A stretch of DNA of 49,621 bases from positions 1 to 49,621 of the forward strand of contig JAIPIL010000001.1 of the NCBI GenBank assembly GCA_021734685.1. The letters are read 5' to 3'. The notes under the pieces are model-generated. The model was not told the origin of the DNA. It worked only from the letters and a program-made list of their open reading frames with translations, and did no database searches. This document shows, one piece after another, positions 8,030 to 18,100 of this stretch. The stretch is from Minisyncoccota bacterium. Lineage in GTDB: Bacteria; Patescibacteriota; Minisyncoccia; Minisyncoccales; PWPS01. Position 1 is the stretch's first letter, and each line of letters begins with the position of its first letter. Position numbers and translations under genes: made by a program.

Positions 8030-8510
8030 ACAATACTCCGAAGTGAGAAACTCCGGCGTCAATTTTTTTTACAACTTGAAATCCATTTTCTTTTATTTTT
8101 TGATCAACTTCGCTTTCTGAAACACTTTCCGTATTACTCCAATCAACAACAAGCATCTTTCCTGACTGTCTTAAAACTCGGTGTGCTTCATTTATTACTG
8201 CTTCTTTATCTTCTGCTTGAAAGAGAATGTTTGAAATAACAACCAAGTCAAAAGAACCAGCAGGAAGATTTGTTCCTTTTTCAACATCTGCTAAAAGAGT
8301 TCTGATGTTGTAAACTTTTTCCGTTTCTGCCTTACTCTTCAATGCAGATAGTGCTTCGTTCATAACATCAACTGCGTAAACTGTCCCATCTTCACTTTTT
8401 TTTGCCAACGGAATACTCCATCCTCCAGAATCACAACCAAAATCAGCAATCTTCATACTTTTTGAAACAGAAATTTCATCTATTATTCTTGTTGGATTTA
8501 AAAAGCTCAT
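8016..8510 (-). CDS. Class I SAM-dependent methyltransferase
   Basis: Motif I DFGCDSGGWS and a post-I acidic residue (VYAVDV). Small Rossmann-fold methyltransferase. Confidence 0.7.
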   Translation of the reverse strand: MSFLNPTRIIDEISVSKSMKIADFGCDSGGWSIPLAKKSEDGTVYAVDVMNEALSALKSKAETEKVYNIRTLLADVEKGTNLPAGSFDLVVISNILFQAEDKEAVINEAHRVLRQSGKMLVVDWSNTESVSESEVDQKIKENGFQVVKKIDAGVSHFGVLYEKK

Positions 8511-8511
8511 T

Positions 8512-11010
8512 TTAGATACAAATAACTGATACTAATTTATCTCCTTTGTTTAGTTTCATCATTCTTGCTCCTTGAGTTATTCTTGATTGAACAGGGATGT
8601 TGGAAAGATTTACTCTTATAACTTTTCCTTTTTGTGAGACCATCATCACATCACTTTCAATAGTTAGTGTTCTTAATGCTGCAACCTCTCCGATCTTTTT
8701 TGTGTTTTTAACGGTTTTAACTCCCATTCCTCCTCTTTTTTGAGCACGATAACTCTTGGTTTTTATTCTCTTTCCATATCCGTTTTTGGTCATAATTAAC
8801 AAGTAAGAACCATCAACGCTTTCTTTTTCAATTATTGACACATCAGCAACGCCATCATCCTTTTCTTTAATGTTTATTCCTCGCACTCCTCCTGCTTGTC
8901 TTCCCATTGCACGAACTTCTTTCTCGTTAAAACGAATCAGTTTTCCTTTTTTTGTTGCAATTGCAATCTCATCGCTTCCACTTGTCTTTCTTACTCGGCA
9001 AACTTCATCATCTTCTTTCAGTGTAATTGCAATCAATCCGGATCTACGAATATTAACAAACTCTTTCAACTGTGTTTTTTTGATAATACCTTTTTTTGTT
9101 ATTATTATCAAATTTTTATCACTAACTGTTTCTTCCTTCTCTAAAGGAATAACTGCCAACACTTTCTCTTCTGGTGATATCTCTAAAAAGTTTAACAACC
9201 CTCTTCCTCTTGCGGTTCTGACTCCTTCAGGAATCTGATAAACTGGAATCCTGAAAACTTTTCCGCTATCAGTAAAGAATAAAAGAAAATCGTGAGTCAT
9301 TGCTTCTATGAAGTGATCAACAACATCTTCTTTTCCGGTCTTCATTCCCAGCATTCCTTTTCCTCCTCTTTTTTGCGCCTTGTATGTTGCTGGGTTTATT
9401 CTCTTAATATATCCTCCTTGCGTTATTGTGACAATTGTTGGTTCTTGAGGAATAAGATCAAGATCATTAACTTTCTTTAGTCCTTTTTCGTTAACTTTGG
9501 TTCTTCTCTCATCATTAAACATCTCCTTCATTTCAAGAAGTTCTTTTTTAACAATCTCCATAATCTTCTTATCGCTTGCAAGAATTGCAGTAAGTCTTTT
9601 TATAATTGCTTGCTTCTCTTTCAACTCGTCTTCTATTTCTTTCTTCTCCATCTTCGCTAATTTTTGCAACTTCATCTCCAAAATCGCATCTGCTTGAATT
9701 TCTGTAAACTCAAACTTCTTTATTAAGTTCTGTTTTGCATTCTCTTTATTTTCTGATCCTTTAATTGTTTTTATTATCTCGTCTATATGAGAAAGTGCCT
9801 TGTAAAGCCCTTCTAGTATGTGGGCTCTATCTTTTGCTTTTTGTAAATCAAACTTGGTTCTTCTTATAATCACCTGATTGCGGTAATCAATATAATAACG
9901 GAGAAGCTCTGCTAGCCCCATCACTCTTGGCTGAATTCCATCAATTAAGGCGATCATATTAAGATGAAACTTTTCTTGTAGTGATGAAAAACTGTAAAGA
10001 CGGTTCAGTATCTTGCGGGGATAAGCACTTGATTTCAATTCAAAAACAATTCTCATTCCTTCTCGGTCTGACTCGTCTCGGATATCTTTTATTCCGTCTA
10101 ACTTCTTCTTCTGAACAAGTTTTGCAAAATCTTGAACAAGTTTTGCTTTTCTTACTCGGTAAGGAATTTCAGTAATAATAATTTGAGTTTTTCCTTTTTC
10201 TTCAACCACTTCTGCTTTCCCTCTGATTGTAATAGATCCTCTTCCTTGTGAGTAGGCAGAAATAATATCTTCTTTGTTGTATATTTCTCCTCCAGTAGGA
10301 AAGTCTGGTCCTTTCACAAACTGAAAAAGATCTTCAGTGTCTGCTTTTGGATTTTCAATAAGGTGAACGGTTGCGTCAACAATTTCTCCAATGTTGTGTG
10401 GAGGAATGTTTGTTGCCATTCCTACTGCTATTCCGAGAGAACCGTTTAAAAGAAGTTGAGGGACAGGAGAAGGAAGAACTGTTGGTTCTTTTTTTGTTCC
10501 ATCATAATTTGATATAAAGTCAACTGTTTCTTTCTGAATATCCTGAAGCATTATCTCTCCCATCTTTGAAAGACGAGCCTCACTGTAACGCATAGCGGAT
10601 GGAGGATCCCCATCAACTGATCCAAAGTTTCCTTGTCCTTGGACTAGGGGGTAGCGCATTGAGAAGTCTTGTGCCATTAGCACCATAGAGTGATAAACTG
10701 CCATATCTCCGTGAGGATGATACCTTGCTAAAGTTGAACCAACCACACTCGCTGACTTTCTATATTTTGCACTGTGAGTAATTCCATCTTCTTTCATCGC
10801 ATATAAAATTCTGCGGTGAACTGGTTTTAATCCATCACGAACATCAGGAAGGGCTCTTCCAACAATAACCGACATCGCATAATCCATATACGATTCTTGC
10901 ATCTCTATTGTAATATCTCTCGGTTTCACATATCCGATCTCTGCCCCTAACTCTTTCTTTTCTTCTCCACCAGCGTTTTGTTCTTTATTTGTGTTGTCTT
11001 TATTTTTCAT
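8512..11010 (-). CDS. gyrA: DNA gyrase subunit A
   Basis: N-terminal active-site region [28 protein letters not shown], catalytic Tyr region, and a C-terminal beta-pinwheel with the GyrA-box QKRGGKG. Confidence 0.9.
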   Translation of the reverse strand: MKNKDNTNKEQNAGGEEKKELGAEIGYVKPRDITIEMQESYMDYAMSVIVGRALPDVRDGLKPVHRRILYAMKEDGITHSAKYRKSASVVGSTLARYHPHGDMAVYHSMVLMAQDFSMRYPLVQGQGNFGSVDGDPPSAMRYSEARLSKMGEIMLQDIQKETVDFISNYDGTKKEPTVLPSPVPQLLLNGSLGIAVGMATNIPPHNIGEIVDATVHLIENPKADTEDLFQFVKGPDFPTGGEIYNKEDIISAYSQGRGSITIRGKAEVVEEKGKTQIIITEIPYRVRKAKLVQDFAKLVQKKKLDGIKDIRDESDREGMRIVFELKSSAYPRKILNRLYSFSSLQEKFHLNMIALIDGIQPRVMGLAELLRYYIDYRNQVIIRRTKFDLQKAKDRAHILEGLYKALSHIDEIIKTIKGSENKENAKQNLIKKFEFTEIQADAILEMKLQKLAKMEKKEIEDELKEKQAIIKRLTAILASDKKIMEIVKKELLEMKEMFNDERRTKVNEKGLKKVNDLDLIPQEPTIVTITQGGYIKRINPATYKAQKRGGKGMLGMKTGKEDVVDHFIEAMTHDFLLFFTDSGKVFRIPVYQIPEGVRTARGRGLLNFLEISPEEKVLAVIPLEKEETVSDKNLIIITKKGIIKKTQLKEFVNIRRSGLIAITLKEDDEVCRVRKTSGSDEIAIATKKGKLIRFNEKEVRAMGRQAGGVRGINIKEKDDGVADVSIIEKESVDGSYLLIMTKNGYGKRIKTKSYRAQKRGGMGVKTVKNTKKIGEVAALRTLTIESDVMMVSQKGKVIRVNLSNIPVQSRITQGARMMKLNKGDKLVSVICI

Positions 11011-11017
11011 TGTTTTT

Positions 11018-11683
11018 TTATTTTAACTTTGGAATTAAAGGAATTACTTTCATATCTATAGACGGAAGTTTGTTTTCTTCTATCTCTAACTCTTCTTCTT
11101 TTTTAACTTCCTTTTCTCCTATCGCTTTTAAGAATGGAGACAGATCATCTATATCAAGATCAAGTCCTTCAATCTTGTAGTGCATCGGAATAACGACTCT
11201 TGGTTCAATCTGAGAAATCACTCCAGTTGCTTCTTTTGCATCTATTGTGTAAACACCTCCAACTGGAATCATAAGAACATCAACTTCTCCAATCTCTTTC
11301 ATCTGTTCAGTGCTTAACTCTTTTTCTCCAAAATCACCAAGATGACACAATCTTACTCCGTCTATTTCTAATGTATAAATAGTATTCAGTCCTCTTTTTG
11401 CTCCTTTTTCTTGATCATGATAAGACTGAGTTCCTTGAATAAAAACATTGTGCAGTTCATATTCTCCAGGATTGTCTATGACAAAAGGATTACCCTTCAC
11501 TCCTTTTATATTATTATGATCAGAGTGATTATGTGTAACAAGCACTACGCTTGCTTCTATTTCGGGAAGTTTCAACCCTGTCTTTTCATCAAAAGGGTCT
11601 ATTAAGATAGACACTTTTTCTTTATTCTTTTTTTTCTGAATAGTTATCAGAAAACAAGATTGTCCGTACCAAGTAATGTTCAT
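11018..11683 (-). CDS. MBL-fold metallo-hydrolase
   Basis: HNHSDHN metal-binding motif (HxHxDH) and the ILIDPF start typical of UPF0173/YtkL-like MBL proteins. Confidence 0.7.
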   Translation of the reverse strand: MNITWYGQSCFLITIQKKKNKEKVSILIDPFDEKTGLKLPEIEASVVLVTHNHSDHNNIKGVKGNPFVIDNPGEYELHNVFIQGTQSYHDQEKGAKRGLNTIYTLEIDGVRLCHLGDFGEKELSTEQMKEIGEVDVLMIPVGGVYTIDAKEATGVISQIEPRVVIPMHYKIEGLDLDIDDLSPFLKAIGEKEVKKEEELEIEENKLPSIDMKVIPLIPKLK

Positions 11684-11765
11684 AGGTTTGGTGCGCTGAT
11701 TATTGCTGATATCAACGCTGATTATTGCTAATTTATTTTTACTCTATTGTATTTTATCACTACTC

Positions 11766-11793
11766 TTGCAAAAATCAAGAAATTGTGTAAAAT
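11766..11793 (+). promoter_or_regulatory. Candidate promoter TTGCAA-16-TGTGTAAAAT (extended -10) 7 nt upstream of the S1 start codon, implying a leaderless or near-leaderless mRNA
   Basis: -35 TTGCAA at 11766..11771, TGn-extended -10 TAAAAT at 11788..11793, ATG at 11801. Confidence 0.4.
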
Positions 11794-11800
11794 ATATCCT

Positions 11801-12859
11801 ATGACTAAAGAATTATTAAAGGAAAAAAACTTACTTAACATTCCTAAGGAAGGAGAGATAGTTGAAGGCAAGGTTGTCGGAAAAGGACGATCTGCAGCTT
11901 TTCTTGATTTAGGAATATTCGGAACAGGAATTATATACGGACGCGAATTCCTTTCCGCAAAACATGAGTTAAAAGAAATGAAAGAAGGCGATATTGTTGT
12001 CGTAAAAATCATTTCTCTTGATTCTGACGAAGGATATGTAGAGTGTTCAAGAATTCAAGCTAAAAAAGAAATGGCTTGGGATATTCTTGAAAAACAAAAA
12101 GAAAATGAAGAGACAATCACTGTAAAGATAGAGGGAGCAAACAAAGGTGGTCTTCTTGCTAAAATATCAGGAATTCCTTCTTTTATTCCTTCTTCACAGT
12201 TATCTCCTGACAACTACCCTCGTGTAGAAGGAGGTGATTCAGGAAAAATACTGAAAGAGCTACAAAAGTTTGTAGGAAATAATATGGATGTTCAGATTCT
12301 TGATATATCAAAACAAAAAGAAAAAATTATTCTTTCCGAAAAAGCAAACAGCAACAGTGAAGTCAAAGAAAGCTCCTTTAAGTCATATAAAGAAGGAGAT
12401 GTTGTTGACGGAAAGATAACTGGAATTGTTGATTTTGGAGCATTTGTCCGTCTTGAAGATGGAATTGAAGGACTAATTCATATTTCTGAGATAGATTGGA
12501 GTTTAGTTCAAAATCCTAGTGATGTTCTAAAAGAAGGAGAATCAGTTAAAGCAAAAATAATAAAAATTGAAGATGGAAAGATCTTCCTCTCTTTGAAAGC
12601 TTTAAAGAAAGATCCTTGGAAAGAGATTGAAAAGAAACATAAAGAAGGCGATGTAATAAAAGGAACTGTTTCTAAATTCGTTGCTTTCGGAGTTTTCATA
12701 GAAATAGAAGGAGGAATTCAAGGACTCTGCCACATCTCTGAATTCAAAACAAAAGAAAAAGCAGAAGAAGCTTTAGAAGTAGGAAAAACCTACGACTTCA
12801 AAATCCTATCAATAAACGCAGCCGAAAGAAGACTCAGCTTGAGAGTTGTAGAAGAGTAA
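11801..12859 (+). CDS. Ribosomal protein S1-like protein (four S1 RNA-binding domains)
   Basis: Four repeats of the S1 pattern (G.VV.G.V......GAFV.L..G..GL.HISE). Confidence 0.75.
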   Translation: MTKELLKEKNLLNIPKEGEIVEGKVVGKGRSAAFLDLGIFGTGIIYGREFLSAKHELKEMKEGDIVVVKIISLDSDEGYVECSRIQAKKEMAWDILEKQKENEETITVKIEGANKGGLLAKISGIPSFIPSSQLSPDNYPRVEGGDSGKILKELQKFVGNNMDVQILDISKQKEKIILSEKANSNSEVKESSFKSYKEGDVVDGKITGIVDFGAFVRLEDGIEGLIHISEIDWSLVQNPSDVLKEGESVKAKIIKIEDGKIFLSLKALKKDPWKEIEKKHKEGDVIKGTVSKFVAFGVFIEIEGGIQGLCHISEFKTKEKAEEALEVGKTYDFKILSINAAERRLSLRVVEE

Positions 12860-12882
12860 AATAAGCTGAAACAAAACAAAAA

Positions 12883-12909
12883 ACACACGATAGCTCGTGT
12901 GTTTTTTTG
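12883..12909 (+). terminator. Intrinsic terminator (acacacga-tagc-tcgtgtgt + T7)
   Basis: 8-bp stem followed by a T-run, immediately after the S1 gene. Confidence 0.65.
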
Positions 12910-12910
12910 T

Positions 12911-12931
12911 TCCCGAGGTGTCACCTCGGGA
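12911..12931. repeat. Palindrome TCCCGAGGTGTCACCTCGGGA (second copy at 14071..14091)
   Basis: Perfect 8-bp arms. Duplicated 1.1 kb away with a 1-nt loop difference. Confidence 0.7.
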
Positions 12932-12950
12932 AGATTCTTATTACGAAAAT

Positions 12951-13229
12951 CTAAGAAACATCAATTTTGATCTTAGCACCAAGTGCTCTAGCAACTTTAT
13001 TTAAAAAAGATAGAGATGGATTATATTTTCCTGACTCAAGACGAGCTATAGCTGACTGCTTAGTTCCAATCTTTTCTGCAATATCTTTCTGTGTTAATCC
13101 TTTTTTAATTCTTTTTTCTATAAGCAAGCGAACCAATTCAAACTCAAAACCTATTTCATCGTAATGACTCTTTACTTGCTTGTCTTTCAGTAGCTCTTTT
13201 TTGAAGCTTTTGAAACTTTTTGTTTTCAT
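12951..13229 (-). CDS. HTH XRE-family antitoxin (HigA-like)
   Basis: Cro/C1-type HTH (LTQKDIAEKIGTKQSAIARLESG). Sits immediately downstream of a RelE/gp49-like toxin gene. Confidence 0.7.
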   Translation of the reverse strand: MKTKSFKSFKKELLKDKQVKSHYDEIGFEFELVRLLIEKRIKKGLTQKDIAEKIGTKQSAIARLESGKYNPSLSFLNKVARALGAKIKIDVS

Positions 13230-13256
13230 TGTTCTAATAATAACATATATGTTATT

Positions 13257-13565
13257 TTAGTCAAGAAGCTTTATAATATTTTTCGCTCTTTCGATTTCTT
13301 TTCTTGGAATTTTGCGATCTTTTTTAACAAACCCGTGCAATAAAATAATTTGTTTTTTATGGAAAGTATAAATAATTCTAACTTCTTGAGCTCCTCTTAT
13401 TCTTAATTCAAAAATATCATTATCTATCTTTTTACTGTAAGGCATTCTAATTTCACTTCCAAACACCCCTAATAGTTCTATTGTACGAATCGTTTTTGCA
13501 ATAGTTTGTTTTTCTAGAGATTTTATAAATTTTTCTACAGATTTTTCAAAAAATCTAATTTCCAT
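13257..13565 (-). CDS. Type II toxin, RelE/ParE superfamily (HigB/gp49-like)
   Basis: About 100 aa, with EIRFFEKS...F.EL.. and a conserved C-terminal HGFVKK..K.P. Toxin-then-HTH order matches HigBA. Confidence 0.6.
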   Translation of the reverse strand: MEIRFFEKSVEKFIKSLEKQTIAKTIRTIELLGVFGSEIRMPYSKKIDNDIFELRIRGAQEVRIIYTFHKKQIILLHGFVKKDRKIPRKEIERAKNIIKLLD

Positions 13566-13707
13566 AAAAACTTATTTTTCCTAATTCAAAGAGGTTTGTT
13601 TCTTTCATTCCGTCAAGCTTTGATTGGATTCTCGATACACATCCGGATGTGTACACCAAGGATAATGGGATTGCCACGTCGCTTCGCTCCTCGCAATGAC
13701 GATAAAG

Positions 13708-13735
13708 TGTCATTCCCGCGAAAGCGGGAATCCAG
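13708..13735. repeat. Conserved intergenic hairpin element (inverted orientation: TGTCATTCCCGCGAAAGCGGGAATCCAG)
   Basis: Reverse complement of the CTGGATTCCCGC...GCGGGAATGACA family. Confidence 0.8.
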
Positions 13736-13799
13736 TTTCGCGTTGTTTTGCGTTTCAGTTTCGCGTTGTTTTGCGCGCTTCCTTTGGAAGCGTTATTTG

Positions 13800-13873
13800 T
13801 CTCCTCGGGAGGACTCGAACCTCCAACCTACTGCTTAGAAGGCAGTCGCTCTATCCGGTTGAGCTACGAGGAG
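13800..13873 (-). tRNA. tRNA-Arg (anticodon TCT)
   Basis: Acceptor ctcctcg/cgaggag, anticodon loop ctTCTaa, GGTTCGAGTCC T-loop. Confidence 0.75.
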
Positions 13874-13876
13874 TAT

Positions 13877-13953
13877 TGGGGTGAGCGACGGGACTTGAAC
13901 CCGCAACCACTGCGACCACAACGCAGTGCTCTGCCAGTTGAGCTACGCCCACC
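13877..13953 (-). tRNA. tRNA-His (anticodon GTG) with genomically encoded G-1 and CCA
   Basis: Extra 5' G before acceptor gtgggcg, discriminator C, anticodon loop ttGTGgt. Confidence 0.8.
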
Positions 13954-13994
13954 ATGTTTGGATAAATTCTAATAACCAAAATTCAAAATTACAA

Positions 13995-14046
13995 ACTGGA
14001 TTCCCGCTGGAGTTTATCCTCGGCTACGATCGGGGGCGGGAATGAC
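13995..14046. repeat. Conserved intergenic hairpin element, long-loop variant (CTGGATTCCCGC-28 nt-GCGGGAATGACA)
   Basis: Same flanks and stem as the family, with an expanded loop. Confidence 0.7.
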
Positions 14047-14198
14047 AGAAAGAGTATGAATTTCCCGAGGTTCCCGAGGTCTCACCTCGGGAGTTTTCTC
14101 TCTAGATCGGATCTAGTAATTTTTGTTTTAAAATTCTTTCATTCTTTAATTTGAAATTTATTCGAAATTCAAAATTTAAAATTCAAAATTATCATATT

Positions 14199-14271
14199 GT
14201 CTCCCCGTCAGGACTTGAACCTGAACTTCTCCCTTAGGAGGGGAGTGCTCTATCCAGTTAAGCTACGAGGA
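14199..14271 (-). tRNA. tRNA-Arg (anticodon CCT)
   Basis: Acceptor ctcctcg/cggggag (one G-U pair), anticodon loop ctCCTaa, GGTTCAAGTCC T-loop. Confidence 0.75.
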
Positions 14272-14385
14272 GCTAACCTCACAGATTATATTAAAAAACT
14301 GCAAATTAGTCAATGTTTTACCCGTTATCTTTTTTGATTTAAGTGGCTTTTTGTGATAGTATTGGGGTATTGATTAAAATTAAAT

Positions 14386-16221
14386 ATGAAAAAAAATAAT
14401 TTAAAAATTTTTGGAAGAAATGTTGTCTCCTTTATTATTGTCTTAGTAGTTATTATAACTCTTTTTAGTTTAGTTGCTACTGATTCCCTTAAAGAAAAGG
14501 AAGAGATCTCTTTAGCGGGACTTTCTGAAAAAATAAACAAAGAAGAAGTTTTAAGGATGGTTGTTGTTGGTGGTAATATTGAAGCATATATTAGTGAAGA
14601 AGATTTTGTTACTGCCAAAACAGAGCCTGGTATTTCTGTTTATGAATCACTTGTAAACTGGGGAACAGAAGAAAGCAAAATAAGAAAAATTGATGTTGAT
14701 TTTAAAGAAGAGAAAGACTGGTCTTCAGTTTTAAATTTAGCTTTTTTAATTATTCCTGTTCTTTTTCTTATCTTTATCTTCTACTTTATATTCAAGCAAG
14801 CAAAAGGAGGGGCGATGCAAGCTCTTGATTTTTCAAAAGCAAAAGCAAGAGTTTTTGGAGAGAAAGGATCTCCTTCTTCTGGAGTTACTTTTCAAGATGT
14901 CGCTGGATTAGAAGAAGTGAAAGAAGAGTTGGAAGAAGTTGTTGATTTTCTTAAAAACCCTTCCCGATTTTTAAAACTTGGAGCAAGGATACCAAAAGGA
15001 GTTCTTCTTACGGGAGCTCCCGGAGTCGGTAAAACTCTTATGGCAAGAGCAGTTGCTGGTGAAGCAAAGGTTCCTTTTTTTGAGATCTCTGGGTCAGAAT
15101 TTATAGAACTATTTGTTGGAGTTGGTTCAAGTAGAGTTAGAGATCTTTTTGCTAACGCTAAAAAGAAACAACCTTGCATTATTTATATAGACGAACTTGA
15201 CGCAATCGGAAGATCAAGAGGAGCTGGTGTTGGAGGTGGACACGACGAGAGAGAGCAAACTCTTAATCAGATTCTTTCTGAGATGGATGGTTTTGCTCAG
15301 GACACAAAGATCGTTGTTCTTGCAAGTACCAACCGTCCCGATGTTCTTGATTCAGCATTGCTAAGACCCGGAAGATTTGATCGGAAAATAATTCTTGATC
15401 TCCCAGATAAAAAAGCCCGCCAAGAGATACTGAAAGTTCACACAAAAAACAAACCACTGGTTTCTTCTGTTAACTTGAAAGAAGTTGCTGAGAGAACTCC
15501 TGGATTTTCAGGTGCTGAAATTGCTAACTTGGCTAATGAAGCAGCTCTTCTTTCTGCAAGAAAAAGAAAAAAGAAGGTTGGACAAGCAGAGTTGCTAGAA
15601 GCAATTGAAAAAGTTCTTCTTGGGCCTGAAAAGAAAGGTTATTTAGTGAACAAGAAAGAGAAAGAACTTAGTGCTTATCACGAAGCAGGCCATGCTATTG
15701 TTTCTTCTTTTCTTCCAGAAGCAGAACCAGTTCAAAAAATATCAATTGTTTCTCGTGGACAAGCGGGAGGATATACAATTAAAATTCCTCTTGAAGAAAG
15801 CAGAATAAAAAGAAAATCAGAGTTTATTTCTGAGATAGCAGTTCTTCTTGGCGGATACACTGCTGAAAAAATATTCTTTGGAGAAGTTTCTACGGGGTCT
15901 TCAAATGACCTTGATAGAGCTTCAAGATACGCAAGAAAAATGGTGAAAGAATTTGGAATGTCTCCACTTGGTCCACTTCGCTTTGGGGGAGAAAGAAGTC
16001 ATGTCTTTTTAGGAAAAACAATGGCTGAAGAAAGAGATTACTCTGAAGAAACCGCATCAAAGATAGATAAAGAGGTTTCTGTTTTTATAGAACAAGGATT
16101 AAAAAAAGCAGAAGATATAATTAAAGACAAGAAAGAAACCTTAGAAAAAGTTGCGAAAACTTTAGTAGAAAAAGAAACCTTAGAAAGAAAAGAATACGAA
16201 AAAATAATAAAAAGTTCCTAG
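14386..16221 (+). CDS. ftsH: ATP-dependent zinc metalloprotease FtsH
   Basis: N-terminal TM, AAA+ Walker A GAPGVGKT, second region of homology, and the zinc motif HEAGHA. Confidence 0.9.
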   Translation: MKKNNLKIFGRNVVSFIIVLVVIITLFSLVATDSLKEKEEISLAGLSEKINKEEVLRMVVVGGNIEAYISEEDFVTAKTEPGISVYESLVNWGTEESKIRKIDVDFKEEKDWSSVLNLAFLIIPVLFLIFIFYFIFKQAKGGAMQALDFSKAKARVFGEKGSPSSGVTFQDVAGLEEVKEELEEVVDFLKNPSRFLKLGARIPKGVLLTGAPGVGKTLMARAVAGEAKVPFFEISGSEFIELFVGVGSSRVRDLFANAKKKQPCIIYIDELDAIGRSRGAGVGGGHDEREQTLNQILSEMDGFAQDTKIVVLASTNRPDVLDSALLRPGRFDRKIILDLPDKKARQEILKVHTKNKPLVSSVNLKEVAERTPGFSGAEIANLANEAALLSARKRKKKVGQAELLEAIEKVLLGPEKKGYLVNKKEKELSAYHEAGHAIVSSFLPEAEPVQKISIVSRGQAGGYTIKIPLEESRIKRKSEFISEIAVLLGGYTAEKIFFGEVSTGSSNDLDRASRYARKMVKEFGMSPLGPLRFGGERSHVFLGKTMAEERDYSEETASKIDKEVSVFIEQGLKKAEDIIKDKKETLEKVAKTLVEKETLERKEYEKIIKSS

Positions 16222-16334
16222 TAATAGGTGGAATTATTTAAATTTTGTGATATAATTAGTGATGGTTAGTAATACTTAATCATTGATAATTGATTTTAGT
16301 CAAAGGTCACATGTCAAAGGTTAAATGTTATTTC

Positions 16335-16409
16335 GGGCGCATAGCTCAGCTTGGTAAGAGCGCTACTCTTATAAAGTAGAGGTCCCTGGTTCAAGTCCAG
16401 GTGCGCCCA
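16335..16409 (+). tRNA. tRNA-Ile (anticodon TAT)
   Basis: Acceptor gggcgca/tgcgccc, anticodon stem ctact/agtag with loop ctTATaa, GGTTCAAGTCC T-loop. Confidence 0.7.
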
Positions 16410-16454
16410 CAGTTTGTTTAATTTTGAATTTAGATTCCACCCGAAGGGTGTAAT

Positions 16455-16528
16455 GGGTGCGTAGCTCAGTTGGCTAGAGCGCTACCGTGACATGGTAGAG
16501 GTCTCAGGTTCAAGTCCTGACGCACCCA
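16455..16528 (+). tRNA. tRNA-Val (anticodon GAC)
   Basis: Acceptor gggtgcg/cgcaccc, anticodon loop gtGACat. Confidence 0.75.
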
Positions 16529-16542
16529 CAAGTGTTTTTAAA

Positions 16543-17208
16543 ATGAATATAGTTTACGAAGACAAGAATATTATCGCTGTGAATAAACCTGCTGGAGTGG
16601 TTGTTTTTTCAGAAGATAAAGAAGAGTTAAGTGTTGCAAAAATTCTTGCTGATAAGTTTCCTGAATTAAACAGTGTTGGAGAAGAAAGAAAGGGAGCTGT
16701 TCACCGTTTAGATAAAGACACAAGTGGAGTTGTTCTTTTTGCAAAAAGTAACGAAGCATTAGCTTTCTTGCAAAAACAGTTTGCTGAAAGAAAAGTAAAG
16801 AAAAAATATATCGCCCTTGTTTTTAGAGAAGTGAAAAAAGACAAAGGAAGAATAGAAAGTTTTCTTTCCCGTTCGCCAAAAGACAGAAGAAAACAAAGAT
16901 CACTTCCTGACAAAGGGAAAAAAGCTGTCACTTTTTTTAAAGTAATTAAAAGGTTTGAAAAGTTTACACTTTTAGTTGCTTCCCCAAAAACAGGAAGAAA
17001 GCATCAGATAAGGTGTCACCTTGCTTCGTTAGGACATCCGATCGTTGGAGATAAACTTTACCGTTTTAAAGACTTGAAGAGTCCAAAAAGCGTTAGAAGA
17101 CAACTTCTCCATGCATTTTCAATTGAAATAAAAACCCCTTCTGGAAAAGATTTAAAAGTAAAAGCAAATATTCCTGAAGATATAAAAGATGTATTAAGAA
17201 AAATATAA
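16543..17208 (+). CDS. RluA-family pseudouridine synthase
   Basis: Catalytic-Asp motif HRLDKDTSGVVLFAKS. Lacks an N-terminal S4 domain. Start is the ATG at 16543, since the track ORF begins inside tRNA-Val. Confidence 0.8.
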   Translation: MNIVYEDKNIIAVNKPAGVVVFSEDKEELSVAKILADKFPELNSVGEERKGAVHRLDKDTSGVVLFAKSNEALAFLQKQFAERKVKKKYIALVFREVKKDKGRIESFLSRSPKDRRKQRSLPDKGKKAVTFFKVIKRFEKFTLLVASPKTGRKHQIRCHLASLGHPIVGDKLYRFKDLKSPKSVRRQLLHAFSIEIKTPSGKDLKVKANIPEDIKDVLRKI

Positions 17209-17210
17209 TT

Positions 17211-17543
17211 ATGTCATCAAAATTAGAAGAATTTAAAAAAGAACAGAAAAAGGATAGTATTCCTGATATACAAACTGGAAATACAGTTAGAGTTACTCAA
17301 AAGATAGGAGATAAAACTCAACTATTTGAAGGTCTTGTTATCGCCCAAAATCACGGAAAAGACACAACCGGAACAATTACTTTAAGAAAAGTTATTGATA
17401 AAGTTGGTGTAGAGAAGGTTTTTCCACTTCACTCTCCTACAATTGAAAAGATTGAAGTTGTCAAAAAAGGAAAAACAAGAAAATCAAAGATATACTACAT
17501 AAGAGAAAAATCCAAAAAAATAGTACAAAAGAAAATAAAATAA
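17211..17543 (+). CDS. rplS: 50S ribosomal protein L19
   Basis: Conserved L19 pattern (GD.V.V......G.K.R.Q.FEG.VIA....G...T.T.RK...GVGVE..FP..SP.I..IEV). Confidence 0.85.
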   Translation: MSSKLEEFKKEQKKDSIPDIQTGNTVRVTQKIGDKTQLFEGLVIAQNHGKDTTGTITLRKVIDKVGVEKVFPLHSPTIEKIEVVKKGKTRKSKIYYIREKSKKIVQKKIK

Positions 17544-17581
17544 AAAGTAAAGTTTAAACCAAGCACTGCTTGGTTTATTAT

Positions 17582-17666
17582 GCCCGGGTGTCGGAATTGG
17601 TAGACGACTTTGGTTGAGGGCCAAAGGTCCTTTATGGGCGTGTGGGTTCAAGTCCCACCTCGGGCA
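17582..17666 (+). tRNA. tRNA-Leu (anticodon GAG)
   Basis: Acceptor gcccggg/ctcgggc, anticodon loop ttGAGgg, long variable arm. Confidence 0.75.
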
Positions 17667-17773
17667 CAAATTGACAGTTGACCTTTAACTTTTAACATTT
17701 AACTTGATTTCCGCTTCTGCGGAAATGATAAAAAGTAGTCAATAGTCAAATGTTAAATGTCAATTGTCATTAA

Positions 17774-17847
17774 GGGCGGTTAGCTCAGTTGGCTAGAGCG
17801 CATCGCTTACATCGATGAGGTCATAGGTTCGAGTCCTATACCGCCCA
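17774..17847 (+). tRNA. tRNA-Val (anticodon TAC)
   Basis: Acceptor gggcggt/accgccc, anticodon loop ctTACat, GGTTCGAGTCC. Confidence 0.8.
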
Positions 17848-17892
17848 CAAAGTTGACACTTGATCATTAACATGTGACAATTAAATTACAAT

Positions 17893-17964
17893 GCCGCGGT
17901 AGCTCAGTGGTAGAGCGCTTCTCTGAAAAAGAAGAGGTCGTCAGTTCAATCCTGACCCGCGGCA
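17893..17964 (+). tRNA. tRNA-Phe (anticodon GAA)
   Basis: Acceptor gccgcgg/ccgcggc, anticodon loop ctGAAaa. Confidence 0.8.
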
Positions 17965-17970
17965 CAAATT

Positions 17971-18042
17971 GCGGGTGTGGTATAATGGCTATTACACGTC
18001 CTTGCCAAGGACGAGATGGCGGTTCAATTCCGCTCACCCGCT
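17971..18042 (+). tRNA. tRNA-Gly (anticodon GCC)
   Basis: Acceptor gcgggtg/cacccgc, anticodon loop ttGCCaa, discriminator U. Confidence 0.8.
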
Positions 18043-18046
18043 CTAA

Positions 18047-18084
18047 TAAAAAAATGTCATAGGTGACACCTATGACATTTTTTG
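18047..18084. terminator. Bidirectional intrinsic terminator (A-run, atgtcatagg-tgaca-cctatgacat, T-run)
   Basis: 10-bp perfect stem flanked by A7 and T6. Sits between the + strand tRNA cluster and a convergent - strand gene. Confidence 0.7.
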
Positions 18085-18100
18085 TTTTCCTTTTCTCTCT

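Noticed and set aside
8870-11180. Numerous 60-120-aa + strand ORFs inside gyrA
   Set aside because: They are antisense to a well-supported gyrA CDS. Their translations are low-complexity Ser/Phe/Ile-rich, typical of AT-rich antisense frames.
13596-13972. Three overlapping + strand ORFs (80, 62, 74 aa)
   Set aside because: They run antisense through the tRNA-Arg and tRNA-His genes and the hairpin repeat, and have no coding signal.
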